Shown: positions 26,660-35,187 of the stretch, piece by piece
Numbering within the stretch: position 1 is the first letter of the stretch
Layout of the letters: each line of letters begins with the position of its first letter
Source: a virus
Taxonomy: Duplodnaviria; Caudoviricetes
Virus record (IMG/VR): IMGVR_UViG_3300032253_000005
Coordinates: 1 to 45,144 of that record
Strand: one strand, 5' to 3'
Length of the DNA stretch: 45,144 nt
Position numbers and translations under genes: made by a program
The notes under the pieces: generated by a model
Told to the model about the DNA's origin: nothing
Databases searched by the model: none
The model's input: only the letters and a program-made list of their open reading frames with translations

Positions 26660-27087
26660 GGCTCAGAGTCCGCGACGGTCTCGCCGCAGTCGTCCATCAT
26701 GTTGCGGAGCTGCTCCTTGATCCCCGCGATTAGGTCCATATCAGGCCCTCCTATCGTTGCGTCGAACACCTCTCTCGGCGTGCAGTTGGGGGCGTACCTG
26801 CCTCGCACCTCCCAGCCGCCCACGCCGATGAAGCGGTTTCTGGTGTTCTTGGAAAGGGCCATCGGATCAATGCTCGCCCACTGCTCTTTCGTGATGGTGT
26901 AAACATCTTTGTAGACCGCGCAGCGCCCCGCGTCGTCGATCAGATCGGGGTCTATGCTGTCGACAACAGCGATCCGAAATGCCTCGTCAAATAGCACTGA
27001 GAGCATTGCCTTCATGCTCACTCTCGGGTCGTCAGCATCTATGTCGTTGCTGAATACGTCGCCGATCCAGTTCCTGGCATTTTCCAT
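26656..27087 (-). CDS. Hypothetical protein, lower GC (moron-like)
   Basis: GAGGAG RBS; many A/T-ending codons. Confidence 0.7.
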   Translation of the reverse strand: MENARNWIGDVFSNDIDADDPRVSMKAMLSVLFDEAFRIAVVDSIDPDLIDDAGRCAVYKDVYTITKEQWASIDPMALSKNTRNRFIGVGGWEVRGRYAPNCTPREVFDATIGGPDMDLIAGIKEQLRNMMDDCGETVADSEP

Positions 27088-27500
27088 CACTCCTCCTCAG
27101 CGACGGTCTCGCCCTGGGCGTGGCGGTCGAGGATGGCGAGCACTTCGTCCGTGGTCTGTGATGAGCACGTCTCTTCCGCGCTGTCCTCGCACCATCTTCG
27201 CAGCCGCCGCTCCAGCTCGTCGCGCTGGGCCATCTGCCGGTCAGCGATGCGGATCAGGTCGTCGACCTGGGCCTTGAGCTGCTCCACCTCGGCCACCGCC
27301 CGCAGCATCTCCGGCACGCGCCGAGGGTCGATGGGGTGCGGGTGGTAGGTGTCGGGGTCGACCTCGCCGCACTCGTCGTACCACATGGCTCGGCTCCGCC
27401 ACGCGAGAGCGTAGTGTGGGCCGGTGACGTTGCCGTCGTACCGCACCGCATACCACCTCTCGGCCTCTGGCGGCGTGCCGGCGTCGATGTAATCGGTCAC
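27087..27500 (-). CDS. Hypothetical protein with coiled coil
   Basis: GTGA overlap, GTG start 27500. Confidence 0.6.
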   Translation of the reverse strand: MTDYIDAGTPPEAERWYAVRYDGNVTGPHYALAWRSRAMWYDECGEVDPDTYHPHPIDPRRVPEMLRAVAEVEQLKAQVDDLIRIADRQMAQRDELERRLRRWCEDSAEETCSSQTTDEVLAILDRHAQGETVAEEE

Positions 27501-27871
27501 TGCGGGCCACCCGTCGGCATCTTCGCCAGCGCGAACTCGTCCGGCCCCCGCGTGCCCCACACGAAGTCCGACTCGTCCCGCACCTCGACCACGCCCGCCG
27601 GCCACACGATCGCCTCCGGCAGCCCTGGCGCCTGGGCGACATCGACAGCCACGAAGCTCGACCCCGCGATGCTGACGTAGGCCAGGTCACCGACACGAGC
27701 CAGCACGGCCGGCAGGATGCGGTCGCCGATCTGGAGCGAGAGCCTGCTGGTGTGCCAACCGGTCGGGACGCCGGTCGGTGGCGCGGTGCGCTCGATGCCG
27801 CCGACTCCATCGGCGCCTGTGAGCAGGGGGACGGCCAGGGCCAGGGCCAGGGCGATGGTGAGGGTGTTCAT
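27497..27871 (-). CDS. Exported protein with signal peptide
   Basis: MNTLTIALALALAVPLLTGA hydrophobic leader. Confidence 0.6.
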   Translation of the reverse strand: MNTLTIALALALAVPLLTGADGVGGIERTAPPTGVPTGWHTSRLSLQIGDRILPAVLARVGDLAYVSIAGSSFVAVDVAQAPGLPEAIVWPAGVVEVRDESDFVWGTRGPDEFALAKMPTGGPQ

Positions 27872-28428
27872 CGTTCGTCTTCTCCGGTGGGTCCGCACTG
27901 GTATGCGATCAGCAGCAGTCCTGCCGCATCGCGGTAGCACTCTTCTCGGTCGTCGCCGGCACGCAGCCGCACCAGCTTCTGGAGCAACTCGATTGTGGCC
28001 ATGCGCTCGCCTGGGCACCACGGCACGCCAGCTCCAGCCATGGAGTCGAGCACGCCCACCATCGCCTCGGCCTTGGCCTTGTTCCTGGGGCCTGACCCAC
28101 GCCTGGCCGCCCGGTCGCCAGTCACGTCGTCATGGGCTTCGGTGAGAATCGAGACCGCGGTGAGGATCGGTGGCGTGGTCTCGCCGTCCTTCGCCTGGTC
28201 CTCGAGGTCTGCGACGACGTAGCTCTGCACGATGACCTTGGCCGCTTCGGCGGAGTCGTACACCACGGGCTCTCTCATGCAGTAGCTGCTGCCGATCCAG
28301 GCGTCGAAGCCATCGACGCGGCTGAGAGCCACACTTCCGAGGATCGCTCCGTCTGGACCGACAAGGCGCCAACTCCCCCGCGGCTCCCTGTGCCACTCAA
28401 GGGTGTTCGGATCAATGCTTGCTGCCAT
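27868..28428 (-). CDS. DUF6378-like domain protein
   Basis: SILTEA...VTGDR...G, K..R.......Y.DAAG pattern; GGAGG RBS. Confidence 0.6.
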   Translation of the reverse strand: MAASIDPNTLEWHREPRGSWRLVGPDGAILGSVALSRVDGFDAWIGSSYCMREPVVYDSAEAAKVIVQSYVVADLEDQAKDGETTPPILTAVSILTEAHDDVTGDRAARRGSGPRNKAKAEAMVGVLDSMAGAGVPWCPGERMATIELLQKLVRLRAGDDREECYRDAAGLLLIAYQCGPTGEDER

Positions 28429-28461
28429 CTCGCCCTCCAAGGCTGGTGTCGCTGGCCGTTG

Positions 28462-28506
28462 TTGACCAGCCACGGGAACTGTCGCATGATCGCCGGCACA
28501 GTGCAA
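28462..28506. promoter_or_regulatory. Overlapping divergent sigma70-type promoters
   Basis: + TTGACC-N17-CATGAT (28462-28490); - TTGCAC-N17-GACAGT (28506-28478). Confidence 0.55.
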
Positions 28507-28524
28507 GGAAAACAAGGAGACGCC

Positions 28525-28740
28525 ATGAAGATGCAGCACCCGCCTCCAGTCGCGCTCGCTTTCGCTTCCGCGTTCGCCTGGTTCCCGGAAGTCACGCGCC
28601 CTGCCTGCCTCGGCTACGCCGGCACCGAGGTCCTGGCCTGGGTGGTCCACTGGGCTCGCCATCGCCCCAAGCGCAAGGCCATCTCCGAGGCTCGCGCAGG
28701 CTCCTACTGGGAGTCGGCCAGCATCTACCAGGAGATGTAA
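28525..28740 (+). CDS. Hypothetical protein (71 aa), opposite to neighbours
   Basis: AAGGAG RBS and upstream promoter. Confidence 0.5.
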   Translation: MKMQHPPPVALAFASAFAWFPEVTRPACLGYAGTEVLAWVVHWARHRPKRKAISEARAGSYWESASIYQEM

Positions 28741-28764
28741 GTCCAGCGCCAGGGCGGACTTACG
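28736..28764. promoter_or_regulatory. 29-bp palindromic site S2 TGTAAGTC-N13-GACTTACG
   Basis: Perfect GTAAGTCC/GGACTTAC arms. Confidence 0.7.
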
Positions 28765-28879
28765 GCAGATCGCCGACTCCGCCAAGGCACAAGGGCCACG
28801 ATGAAGGAGGCCCACTCCTGTTGACTCTTGGCGGGGGACAGCAGGAGCGGGCCGAGGTGGGCCTTAACATCGCCTCCGT

Positions 28880-28927
28880 AAAAAAAAGCCCCGCCAGGAG
28901 AACTTGCGAGTGGACGCCTGGCAGGGC
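28880..28927 (-). terminator. Rho-independent terminator
   Basis: GCCCTGCCAGG-18 nt-CCTGGCGGGGC followed by T8 on the minus strand. Confidence 0.75.
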
Positions 28928-28986
28928 AACGCGATGCGTGGAGGGCGACGCGAGTGGCCAGACCGTAGCCCGGCGCCTGGTGGCGG

Positions 28987-29184
28987 TCAACTCCCGCGGC
29001 CGAAGCCGCCCTGGTTTTCCTTGCTGGGGGCCCCGCCAGCTGAGGCCGGCAACTCGCTCCACGCACGCTTGGCTCGCCGCCACTCGCCTCGAGACAGCGG
29101 TGCCGTGGTCTCGTCTGGGCTGAGTGACCTCTTCGCTCGATCGCGGATGAGTCTCCTGAGCGCCTTCGCCCTGCGTCCGTTCAT
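28987..29184 (-). CDS. Small basic protein
   Basis: MNGRRAKALRR; AGGAG RBS; terminator downstream. Confidence 0.65.
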   Translation of the reverse strand: MNGRRAKALRRLIRDRAKRSLSPDETTAPLSRGEWRRAKRAWSELPASAGGAPSKENQGGFGRGS

Positions 29185-29187
29185 CGG

Positions 29188-29216
29188 CGTAACTCCTGTC
29201 TGCTGCTTGACTTCCG
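29188..29216. promoter_or_regulatory. 29-bp palindromic site S3 CGTAACTC-N13-GACTTCCG
   Basis: Divergent intergenic region, overlaps RBS of the 29184 gene. Confidence 0.65.
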
Positions 29217-29292
29217 GCTATGCCCGGCGGAGGATGCCACCAGGCCGCCGGGGTGGCGGCGACGCTACCAAGGACCCAACGAGAACTCAATC

Positions 29293-29709
29293 ATGGCAGG
29301 CGAAGCCCCCTTCCGGTACGCCGCGCTCTCCGGCACGGTGCCCTCGATCACTGCGGCCGGCACGTTCTACGCCGTCGGCAACGCGACGACCGGGGTCAAG
29401 CTCCCCGGCGGCCAGGGCGGCCGGCTCGCGGAGTTGTCGTGCTTCAGCACGACCACGGTCGACACCTCCGGCACGTCGATCACCGTCACGGCGTACAAGA
29501 ACTCCGTGAACGCCGCGAACCAGTGCTTCCAGGTCACCCTCGACATCGACGGTGTCTCCGACGAGTCCGGCACGACCACGACCGTGGTCGACTCCGGCAT
29601 GGACAGCCTCGGCGCCAGCGACACGCTGTTCCTGGAGTACGTCGTGGCCGGGACCACCTTCACGGTCCTCGACTTCAACTGGACCCTGTCCTACGCGGTC
29701 GACTACTGA
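29293..29709 (+). CDS. Thr/Ser-rich beta-strand protein, possibly virion decoration
   Basis: Strong codon bias; composition resembles structural beta-sandwich proteins. Confidence 0.6.
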   Translation: MAGEAPFRYAALSGTVPSITAAGTFYAVGNATTGVKLPGGQGGRLAELSCFSTTTVDTSGTSITVTAYKNSVNAANQCFQVTLDIDGVSDESGTTTTVVDSGMDSLGASDTLFLEYVVAGTTFTVLDFNWTLSYAVDY

Positions 29710-29999
29710 TCCACGGCCTGGCCGATCTTGTGCGGCGCGATCAGTTCTTCGCTGTCGTCGAGGTCGTCCAGGTCGGGCTCGTTGGTCAGCACGGAGACAC
29801 GCGGCTGCGTAGCGCCCTTGGCGCCAAGGGCGCGATGCGGCCTTGCGGTCAGTATCAGCTGCGTCTTGACGCCGCCTGACTGAGTCGGGAAGTCGAACGG
29901 CAACAGGCACTCAGCGCAGCGGAGAGCCAGATGGACCTTGTACGCTCCGCCCTCCTTGAAGGCATCGGCGATCAGACGCAAGTCGTTGTGCTGGCACAT
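29703..29999 (-). CDS. Hypothetical Zn-binding protein
   Basis: MCQH...CAEC..PF.F. Confidence 0.55.
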   Translation of the reverse strand: MCQHNDLRLIADAFKEGGAYKVHLALRCAECLLPFDFPTQSGGVKTQLILTARPHRALGAKGATQPRVSVLTNEPDLDDLDDSEELIAPHKIGQAVDQ

Positions 30000-30007
30000 G
30001 TTACGGT
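29977..30007 (+). promoter_or_regulatory. Site S4 (CGCAAGTC-N13-ATGTTACG) overlapping an extended -10 TGnTACGGT 6 nt before terS start
   Basis: Read directly; only 14 bp between divergent starts. Confidence 0.55.
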
Positions 30008-30013
30008 AGCTCC

Positions 30014-30721
30014 GTGAGTCACGTTCCGTCAGTCATCCACAGCGATCCGACGCAGGCGCTCAAGGCGTTGCAGGATGAGTTGCGGCGGACAGACGACATC
30101 GGGGACATCATCCCCGAGGAGTCGCGTCAGGTCCAGGACGGCCGTGTTCTGTCCTCCTACGACGAGGAGTTCATGGAGAGCGTGGCCTACGCGCTCGTCC
30201 AGGCCGACCTTGTCGCCGAGCCCGACGCCACGGACGGCGAGCGCTTCCGCTCGACAGAGCAGGCCCTGGAGTCTGCCGGCATCGCGCAACCGCAGTTCTT
30301 GCAGATGTCACAGACACAGCGGTTCAAGGAGATCTACCGGCGCGTGGCCGGGGTGTTCTTCCGAGACCTACGCTACGGCAGGATTCTGAAGGCGGCCTCC
30401 GCTGCGGCAATGAACGGCAACGTCACCGCGATGAAGATGGTGATGACCGACGAGAGCGGCGAGTCAGACGCCGTAGCCGCGAAGCTCGAGGAGATCGAGG
30501 CCGGCGGATCTGTCGCGTTCACTCGGGCGATCTCTGATCTGATGGAGCGCCTTCGCCGACTGACCGACAGGTCCGAGGTTCGAGTCGGCACAGAGGAGCA
30601 ACTCGCCTCCGCCCAGGGCAGGGCCGCGGAGCGGGACTCCAACGAGCAGCAGTCGGTGGCCGTCGATCACCGCGAGTTGTTCCGCGGGACCATGGCGCCC
30701 AAGCCGGACGGCGAGGGATGA
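30014..30721 (+). CDS. Probable terminase small subunit
   Basis: Directly upstream of and coupled to terL; helical; AMNGNVTAMK motif. Confidence 0.55.
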   Translation: MSHVPSVIHSDPTQALKALQDELRRTDDIGDIIPEESRQVQDGRVLSSYDEEFMESVAYALVQADLVAEPDATDGERFRSTEQALESAGIAQPQFLQMSQTQRFKEIYRRVAGVFFRDLRYGRILKAASAAAMNGNVTAMKMVMTDESGESDAVAAKLEEIEAGGSVAFTRAISDLMERLRRLTDRSEVRVGTEEQLASAQGRAAERDSNEQQSVAVDHRELFRGTMAPKPDGEG

Positions 30722-32457
30722 CAACGGTCCAGGAGGTCAGGCAGCTCGTGGACGTCGAGAGCCTGGTCGCTGGCATGGAGTCGATGGCGGCCAAGGACTA
30801 CATGCGCCTCGACTACTCGCGCTACCTCTACGGCGGATGGAAGCACCCCGACGGGCGGTGGATCGAGCGAGGCCATGTCCCGGCTCAAGCGTTCCACGAA
30901 GCGAACAAGCTGCTGTTCTGCCCGAAGTGCTGGTTCGCCATCGGCTTCGTTGGCAGCGACATCGACGAGCGCTTCAGCTGCCATGCCTGCGGCGGCGAGT
31001 TCGGCATCACCGGCAAGCCCGACGAGACGTGCGGGCACTACGATCTCCTGTTCATCTCGGGCGGCAACCAGTCGTCCAAGAGCTTCACCGGCATCACTGA
31101 GTTCTGCTCCTGGATCGCCGGCAGCCGTGCATGGGATGGGTCGCTGACTTGCGTTGACGAGGAGCCCGGGCTCTGGCTGCTCTGCGGCCCGACGCACACG
31201 ACGCACTTCCCCGACACGCTGTGTCCGTACTTCGAGGAGCGCCTCGGCCACCTCATCACGCGCCGGCACAAGGACGCCAACGGCTCGGTCAAGCGGTACG
31301 ATCTGAAGACCGGCGACCAGGTCGTGTGCGTGTCCTACGAGCAAGTGCTCCGCGCAGGCAAGCAGTCGACCGCCGCCGTCGAGGGCCCGCGCTACAAGGG
31401 CGCGTTCTGCGACGAGCCGCCGCCGCACCAGATGTTCCCGGGCATCATGCGCGGCTTGATGAAGTGGCAGTCTCGCGGTTGGGGCAAGATCATCATCGCC
31501 GCGACAGCGCTGCACCACGAGTACCTGTTCAACCAGGTGAAGGGCCGCTCGTGGAACATGGGCGGGGACGTCAAGACGTTCTACTCGATCGAGTTCACGT
31601 TCGAGGACAACCCGGCCCTGACGCAGCGGGCCCGCGACAACATGGAGGCGGCGTGCTCTCCCGAGGAGCGCGAGGCCAGGCTCTACGGTCGGAGCCGCAC
31701 GATGTCCGGGCGCGTCTACCCGATGTTCTACCCGGAGACGCACGTCTACCCGTCGGCGACCTTCGACCCGCTGGTCAACGAGGACGGCAGCCCGAGCGAC
31801 TGGCCGATCATCCAGGCGTGCGACCCTCACGACGTGCGCCCGTTCGCGATCACATGGGCAGCTCTCGCGCCGAACGGCGACAGGTACTACGTCGCCAACT
31901 GGCCCGAGGAGCCGTACCACGAGATGCGCAAGTGCGCGATGTCGTTCACCGACTACACCAACATCTTCGCCGAGGTAGAAAACCAGTTCCCCGGCGGCCC
32001 CGAGCGAGTGACGCAGCGCATCCTCGACCCGAAGTTCGGCCCGACCAAGAAGGCCGGCATGGTCGAGGGCTCCGTGCAGGATGCCTTCTACGAGTTGGGC
32101 TACGACTTCGACACGTCGTTCACCGCGGACGTTGCCTACGGGCACGGGGTCGTGCGCGAGGCGCTGCGCTACGACACCGACAGAGAGATCGACCCGATCA
32201 ACAGGCCCAAGGCGTGGGTCAGCGACAAGTGCAGGAACATCATCTGGGCCATGATGAACTACACCCGCAAGCCCGACGCGGACCCATCGAAGGCGCCTTC
32301 CGAGCAAGTGCGGGACGCAGGCAAGGACTTCGCCGACTGCGTGCGCTTCACTGAAGTCGCGAAGGAAGGCTATCGCCCGTGGATGCGGAAGTCCCGCGAC
32401 CCGGCTCGAATGGCAGCCGCAGGCAAGGGCTGGGACAACTACTGGGGGAACCGATAG
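30718..32457 (+). CDS. terL: Terminase large subunit
   Basis: Q..FH, Walker A GGNQSSKS, Walker B AFCDEPP, DNP, AR..G, nuclease ACDPH and KDFADCVRF. Confidence 0.95.
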   Translation: MTTVQEVRQLVDVESLVAGMESMAAKDYMRLDYSRYLYGGWKHPDGRWIERGHVPAQAFHEANKLLFCPKCWFAIGFVGSDIDERFSCHACGGEFGITGKPDETCGHYDLLFISGGNQSSKSFTGITEFCSWIAGSRAWDGSLTCVDEEPGLWLLCGPTHTTHFPDTLCPYFEERLGHLITRRHKDANGSVKRYDLKTGDQVVCVSYEQVLRAGKQSTAAVEGPRYKGAFCDEPPPHQMFPGIMRGLMKWQSRGWGKIIIAATALHHEYLFNQVKGRSWNMGGDVKTFYSIEFTFEDNPALTQRARDNMEAACSPEEREARLYGRSRTMSGRVYPMFYPETHVYPSATFDPLVNEDGSPSDWPIIQACDPHDVRPFAITWAALAPNGDRYYVANWPEEPYHEMRKCAMSFTDYTNIFAEVENQFPGGPERVTQRILDPKFGPTKKAGMVEGSVQDAFYELGYDFDTSFTADVAYGHGVVREALRYDTDREIDPINRPKAWVSDKCRNIIWAMMNYTRKPDADPSKAPSEQVRDAGKDFADCVRFTEVAKEGYRPWMRKSRDPARMAAAGKGWDNYWGNR

Positions 32458-34718
32458 TGGTTGCCACGAATCCCGTTGCGAACGATCAGTTCGATCTCCC
32501 GCCGAGCAGCGCGAAGGCTCTCGTCAAGACCATCGCGGACGCCGGTCAGCAGGACTGGGACGCACTGAGCGACCTGCGCATCAAGTTGGCGCACTTCTAC
32601 AAGCAGACTCACTTGATGAACAAGGGCCCGGTGTCGCAGCCATGGGTCGGCGCGTGCGACATCCAGCTACCTGTCGAGGACAAGTACAAGGCCAGGATGC
32701 GCGGCGGCCTCCGCTCGCTCATGGGCTTCGGCGGGCAGCAGCACGTCAACGTGCGGCCTGGCGACGCGGACTCCATCGAGCGCAGCGCGAACCTCGAGTC
32801 CTACCTGAACTCGGTCCTGCGCGGCGACTTCCACGTCCACTCGCAACAGGACTTCTCTCGCGTCGGGAACCTGCTCGTCGAGTCCGTGCTGCAACACGGC
32901 TTCGGCTTCCTGCGGCCGGACTACTTCTACCGCACCGAGGTTGGCTTCCGCGAGATCCGAAAGTCCGACCTCCCAGGGCTCTTGCCGTTCGTCCACTTCC
33001 AGCCGGACCTGACGGACATCGAGCGCGAGCGGCAGCAGCAGGCCGACCAGCAGCGCGGCATCGACAGCAACCCGCCGCAGCTGGTCGCCATGTTCGGCGG
33101 GGAGGCGATCAACCCGGTCAACCGAGAGATCTTCGACCGGCACAAGGACGTCTTCAAGGCGCTGGTGGCAAACGGCTTCGACCTCGACATCGACGACAAG
33201 ATCGAGTTGGAGGCGTGCGACGCTGTGATGAAGTGGATGCGCGACGGGGCGAAGGAATCGCTCGTGGTGTTCATGCGCTTCGTGACCCAGGACCACCCGG
33301 GCTTGGCCTTCGTGCAGCCGCACCGACTGCTGTGCCCGCCGCGGGCGACGTCGTCGAAGGATCTCGCCTCGGCCTACCGTGTCAGCGAGATCATGCCTCT
33401 GACGGAGGACGGCCTGCGAGCCTTCGGGCGCGACATGGGCTGGGCGGACAGCGCGGTGTCGAAGGCCGCCGGGTCGATCGGATCGGGCAGCGCCTTCTCG
33501 AACGCCGACGACGACATCCAGCGCGTGCTCGAGGAGCGCAGCGGCGAGGACCGGATTCTCCAGGACGACCACCCCGAAGGTGACCACGTCGACATCGTCC
33601 GCTCCCTGTTCATGGCGAAGCACCACTCCGCGCACGTTCGCGTGGAGGCGTACATCGAACCCGAGTCTGGCACCCTTCTCTCCTACCGCAGCCTGCCGTA
33701 CAACCTGAAGTCGTGGAACTACGTCGCGTTCGGGTTCGAGGAGAACGAGGAGGGCGTCTACACGGCCCGCGGCCTGCCTGAGACGATCGAGGAGCAGAGC
33801 AAGTACATCACCGCGACGCACCGTGCGGCACAGAACGCCCGCGTGGTCTCGACGTCACGGGGCTACTTCCTCGACGAGTCGCTCGGGATCTCTGAGGACG
33901 ACCCGTTCTGGTCGCCGTCGATGGTGAAGAACGTGAAGAGGCCGAACCGGTTGGCTGACCTGAGATCGGGCATCGTCGAGATCGCACCGCAGCCAGGCGC
34001 TGCCCAGGAGTGGCAGGGTGAGCAGTTCTTCCACACGGCCTTCGTCGATGACCACCTCGGCGAGTCCGGCACGCTGGTCCGTGACGCCCGGCTGCTCGAG
34101 CCCATCACCGCGACCGAGTCGAACGCACGGGAGAGCCAGTCGGCCAGGGTGGCCTCGGTCCGCGGCGGAATCTTCGTGGACGCCTTCAGCCGCGCCGTCT
34201 CGATGATGGCCTCCTACGCCCAGCAGTTCATGTCGGCCGAGGCGCCAGCGACAGCCGGCGGAGCAGTGAAGTGGCTGTCACGAGATGACATCCGCGGCAC
34301 TCACATGGTCCGCGCCGCGGCTGCCGTGGGTGACATGAGCCCCGACTTCAGGGCAGATCGAGCGCTACGGCGCCTGTCGACGATCGTCCAGATGAGAGCG
34401 TCTGCCCCGGAGATCTCCAGCGATCCAGGGTTCCGCGTCTCGCTGATGAACGCCTTTCGCGACTGGATCTACGAGGACGACCCGGAGGCCGCGGCCCGCA
34501 TCGTGGAGGCCCGCCCGGCAGAAGAGACGCAGCAGATCATCGAGCAGAGTCAGCAGCAGCAGCAGCAGGCCGCGGCGGCCGAGGCGCTGGGGCAGGAGCG
34601 CGAGGAGAGCGAGATCGAGAAGATCGACGCCGAAGCGGCCAAGCTGCGGGCTCAGGCGGCGGCAGAGGGTGGCGACCCGCAGCAGGGTCTGGAGGAGGGT
34701 GCAGATGGGCTGGCGTGA
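32457..34718 (+). CDS. Portal protein
   Basis: Follows terL; PWVGA, G.G, TATES motif, Gln-rich C-terminal helix typical of podoviral portals. Confidence 0.85.
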   Translation: MVATNPVANDQFDLPPSSAKALVKTIADAGQQDWDALSDLRIKLAHFYKQTHLMNKGPVSQPWVGACDIQLPVEDKYKARMRGGLRSLMGFGGQQHVNVRPGDADSIERSANLESYLNSVLRGDFHVHSQQDFSRVGNLLVESVLQHGFGFLRPDYFYRTEVGFREIRKSDLPGLLPFVHFQPDLTDIERERQQQADQQRGIDSNPPQLVAMFGGEAINPVNREIFDRHKDVFKALVANGFDLDIDDKIELEACDAVMKWMRDGAKESLVVFMRFVTQDHPGLAFVQPHRLLCPPRATSSKDLASAYRVSEIMPLTEDGLRAFGRDMGWADSAVSKAAGSIGSGSAFSNADDDIQRVLEERSGEDRILQDDHPEGDHVDIVRSLFMAKHHSAHVRVEAYIEPESGTLLSYRSLPYNLKSWNYVAFGFEENEEGVYTARGLPETIEEQSKYITATHRAAQNARVVSTSRGYFLDESLGISEDDPFWSPSMVKNVKRPNRLADLRSGIVEIAPQPGAAQEWQGEQFFHTAFVDDHLGESGTLVRDARLLEPITATESNARESQSARVASVRGGIFVDAFSRAVSMMASYAQQFMSAEAPATAGGAVKWLSRDDIRGTHMVRAAAAVGDMSPDFRADRALRRLSTIVQMRASAPEISSDPGFRVSLMNAFRDWIYEDDPEAAARIVEARPAEETQQIIEQSQQQQQQAAAAEALGQEREESEIEKIDAEAAKLRAQAAAEGGDPQQGLEEGADGLA

Positions 34719-35151
34719 CAGAGCACGGGCGGCATGGGACGCGATCCGCGGCAAGGAGTCGCCGCGCTGGACGCCACGACGGGACCGCGTCGACAGCGGC
34801 GCGATGTTCTCGACGCTCCCAGCGCCTGCTGGCTGGGATGACATCGAGGATCAGATCCAGAGGGAGATCGACCACGGGCGCGGCACTCCACTGGCGAATG
34901 CGCTCCTGGATGTGATCGAAGCAGCCGCCCTGTCGGCGCACGAGGCCGCGATGACGGCCCCGACGGACGAAGAGGCCCTGCGTCTCCGCGAGCTGTACCG
35001 ATGCTGGGACGCCGTGCGAGAGAAGATGATCGGCACGCTGTCGTGGGCAGAGCGTCGTCGGGATGACGACAGGAAGAGGGCCCGGCAGGCCCATCAGGCC
35101 GACCGCCTGACTGCCCTGAAGGCCGCTGGTCGGCCCCCCATTTTCTCTTGA
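34705..35151 (+). CDS. Hypothetical protein after portal
   Basis: GGAGG RBS before ATG 34705. Confidence 0.7.
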   Translation: MGWRDRARAAWDAIRGKESPRWTPRRDRVDSGAMFSTLPAPAGWDDIEDQIQREIDHGRGTPLANALLDVIEAAALSAHEAAMTAPTDEEALRLRELYRCWDAVREKMIGTLSWAERRRDDDRKRARQAHQADRLTALKAAGRPPIFS

Positions 35152-35187
35152 CTGTCGACGTAAGTCGGCGTAGACAAAGGACATGAG
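35148..35187 (+). promoter_or_regulatory. Promoter TTGACT-N17-TAGACA overlapped by site S5 (35159-35187)
   Basis: -10 ends 6 nt before the scaffold ATG; S5 = CGTAAGTC-N13-GACATGAG. Confidence 0.65.

Larger units (their letters stand above)
26505..27113. repeat. Three gene-end direct repeats (26505-26537, 26669-26689, 27085-27113)
   Basis: Core GCGACGGTCTCGCC; copies 1/2 share 21 identical bp, copies 1/3 match at 27 of 29. Confidence 0.85.

Noticed and set aside
11319-29184. Lysogeny module (integrase, attP, repressor switch)
   Set aside because: No tyrosine or serine recombinase motifs found; the single XRE gene lies inside the replication operon without a divergent partner
23185-30005. CRISPR array from the 29-bp palindromes or the 26.5-kb repeats
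   Set aside because: Copies are hundreds to thousands of bp apart, have variable centres or lie in coding sequence; no cas operon
30919-31038. Intein in terminase
   Set aside because: Too short and lacks intein splice-junction motifs
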